NCBI GenBank assembly: GCA_973895155.1
Contig: OZ316899.1
Span: forward strand, 6,265,241-6,329,240
Direction: 5' to 3'
Source: Marsupella aquatica
Taxonomy: Eukaryota; Plantae; Marchantiophyta
DNA: 64,000 nt
Positions within the stretch are counted from its first letter, which is position 1; each line of letters starts with the position of its first letter. Made by a program: the position numbers and the translations under genes. Below are positions 62,269 to 64,000 of the stretch, in pieces. The notes beneath the pieces are model-generated. The model did not search any database and was not told the DNA's origin. It saw nothing but the letters and a program-made list of their open reading frames with translations.

Positions 62269-64000
62269 TGTTGTAACCCAGGGTTAAGTCTACCGCAGTC
62301 AGGCTAGTCATAACCGCCTAAGTGCCTAGCTACCTAAGGAACCATATGTACTGGTTGGACGATGAATGAAGCATTAGTTGTTGACACACCACAACACGTT
62401 ATTAGCACGAGGCTCCTTACCTCAATTTTTTTTTCTCCCTTCGTTTTTTTACTCAGATTTCATAGACGATTCATGACTACCAAAGAATGGAGGAACAGGG
62501 CCATGGACTAGGGAGATCGACCACCTATCAATAGATCACCTACATAACCGTTGCGGTGAGACAAGGCACCAAAGGCCAAAATCATAAGTGAATCACAAAC
62601 AAGTACTCAATTGCAAGAGGATGCGGGCGATTAGAACCATCGGGAGAACAAACGCGAGCCAACACAGAGCTCACCAACTTCGATTTATATAGAAAGAACC
62701 ACAATACAAAAACATCATTGACCCTACACATTTAATAGGATGTCAATCCCCACGAACCCCATCAAAAAACTCCTATTTCAAGCCCTCAGTATCGACGGCG
62801 CTAACTACTTATCCTGGACCCTAGACGTAGAAGCACACCTCGCAGCTAAGGATCTCCAGGACATGATCATAACAGATGCGGGAACAACTTTATAGCAAAA
62901 GGCAAAAGCCTTGATACTAATTCGACACCACTTAAGCGACTCCCTGAAAAGACAATACTTGAACAAATTCAATCCGCGAATACTCTGGGAGGAGCTTCAA
63001 TCCCGCTTCGACCACACTTGAACCATTTATCTGCCAGCTGCACAACATGACTGGATTAATTTGAGAGTTCAAGATTACAAGACGATCGCAGATTACAATA
63101 GCGAGCTATTCAGAATCGTAGCGCAATTGGCAATCTGCGGCCAGCCAGTAAACAACGCGGAGCAAATAAAAAAGACGCTATCTACTCTACACTTAGCCAA
63201 TCTAATACTCTCGACGCAATACAGGAATATGGCATTCACCAGATACTCCGAACTAATCGCCCACATGCTTCTGTCTGAGAAACACCAGCTCCTGTTACTA
63301 CAGAATGCACAAAAGCGACCCCCCGACACCCTCCCCCCACATACAACTCCAGAAATCAACTATATAGAACCACAAAGGGGAGAGGGAACATCTTACCAAG
63401 GCCGAGGAGGCAGCAGAGGGAGAGGCCCCTACAGGGGACGAGGAACTAATTTTCAACGCGGCTGAAAAGGAAACTTCCCACGTGGACGAAGACGAGGCAG
63501 ATACCGATATAATGGAGGGAGCTTGAGAAACATCTGGAAACGAGATAACAACAACCAGCCTCGGACAAAGTTCAACCAAGAACAATACAACTCACGAGAT
63601 AAAATCGAAAACCCTCCTCTCTGTTTTTGCTGTGGAACTAAAGGGTACATCCAAAAAACATGTCGAGCCCCTATACACCTAGTGGCACTCTATAAGAAAA
63701 GTATTACAACAAATGAACCCGAAACGTATGGAACATTTATGGACTCTACGGAGATCCTACCTGAGATAAATATGGCCACAAGGAACCCTATAAAAACACC
63801 AGACGGCCCCTCCTACTATATAGTCGATAGCAGGACCTCACATTCTATCTTGAAAAATAAAGAATACTTCACCCACATAACACCATCACAACGCAAGATA
63901 ACAACAATAATGGGCCAACATCAATTGGAGGAAGGATATGGACCGGCAACGGTGATTCTACCTCGAGGGACAACCATAAAAATACACTCGGCCATTTACG
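62269..64000 (+). mobile_element. Ty1/copia Bianca element 3, 5' part (LTR 62269-62396, PBS 62397-62410, gag from 62740, protease); runs off the window
   Basis: TGTTGTAACC...CCACAACA followed by CGTTATTAGCACGA. gag LSIDGANYLSW is homologous to 51219 onward, then VDS.TSHSIL. Confidence 0.92.

Overview
This is eukaryotic (land-plant, plausibly bryophyte-grade; inferred) heterochromatin made almost entirely of nested transposable elements, with no clear host gene. Left to right: (1) 1-15318 is the right part of a large cargo-bearing Mutator-like element. It has a GCM-like-domain DDE transposase (decayed), a predicted multi-exon ParB/Srx + amino-DNA-methyltransferase-like + Ulp1 SUMO-protease fusion gene, three atypical F-box genes and an RPA1-C-like OB-fold gene. 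Its introns and spacers carry roughly 30 copies of a 17-bp palindrome, TCRGCGA-N3-TCGCYGA. (2) Three Ty1/copia Bianca-lineage retrotransposons lie at 15319-20259, 38680-56978 and 62269-end. (3) Two divergent Sola2-like DNA transposons (20260-29690 minus; 35369-62268 plus) have homologous termini and intronic arrays of the palindrome AAGGACT-N2/3-AGTCCTT. (4) A 4,013-bp TG...CA solo-LTR-like insertion with a 5-bp TSD contains a decayed ORF of about 860-880 codons. (5) A truncated CACTA transposase sits next to a third palindrome family (GCGATAAATTTATCGC). (6) A 12-kb composite non-autonomous CACTA element captured 6 kb (a second GCM-MULE transposase split by an inversion, plus a LINE) between two copies of its right end. 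The best candidate for a new system is the MULE-borne ParB-MTase-Ulp1 gene with its dispersed palindromic (parS/VANC-target-like) sites and ubiquitin/SUMO cargo. All domain calls are by-eye motif recognition; no searches were run.
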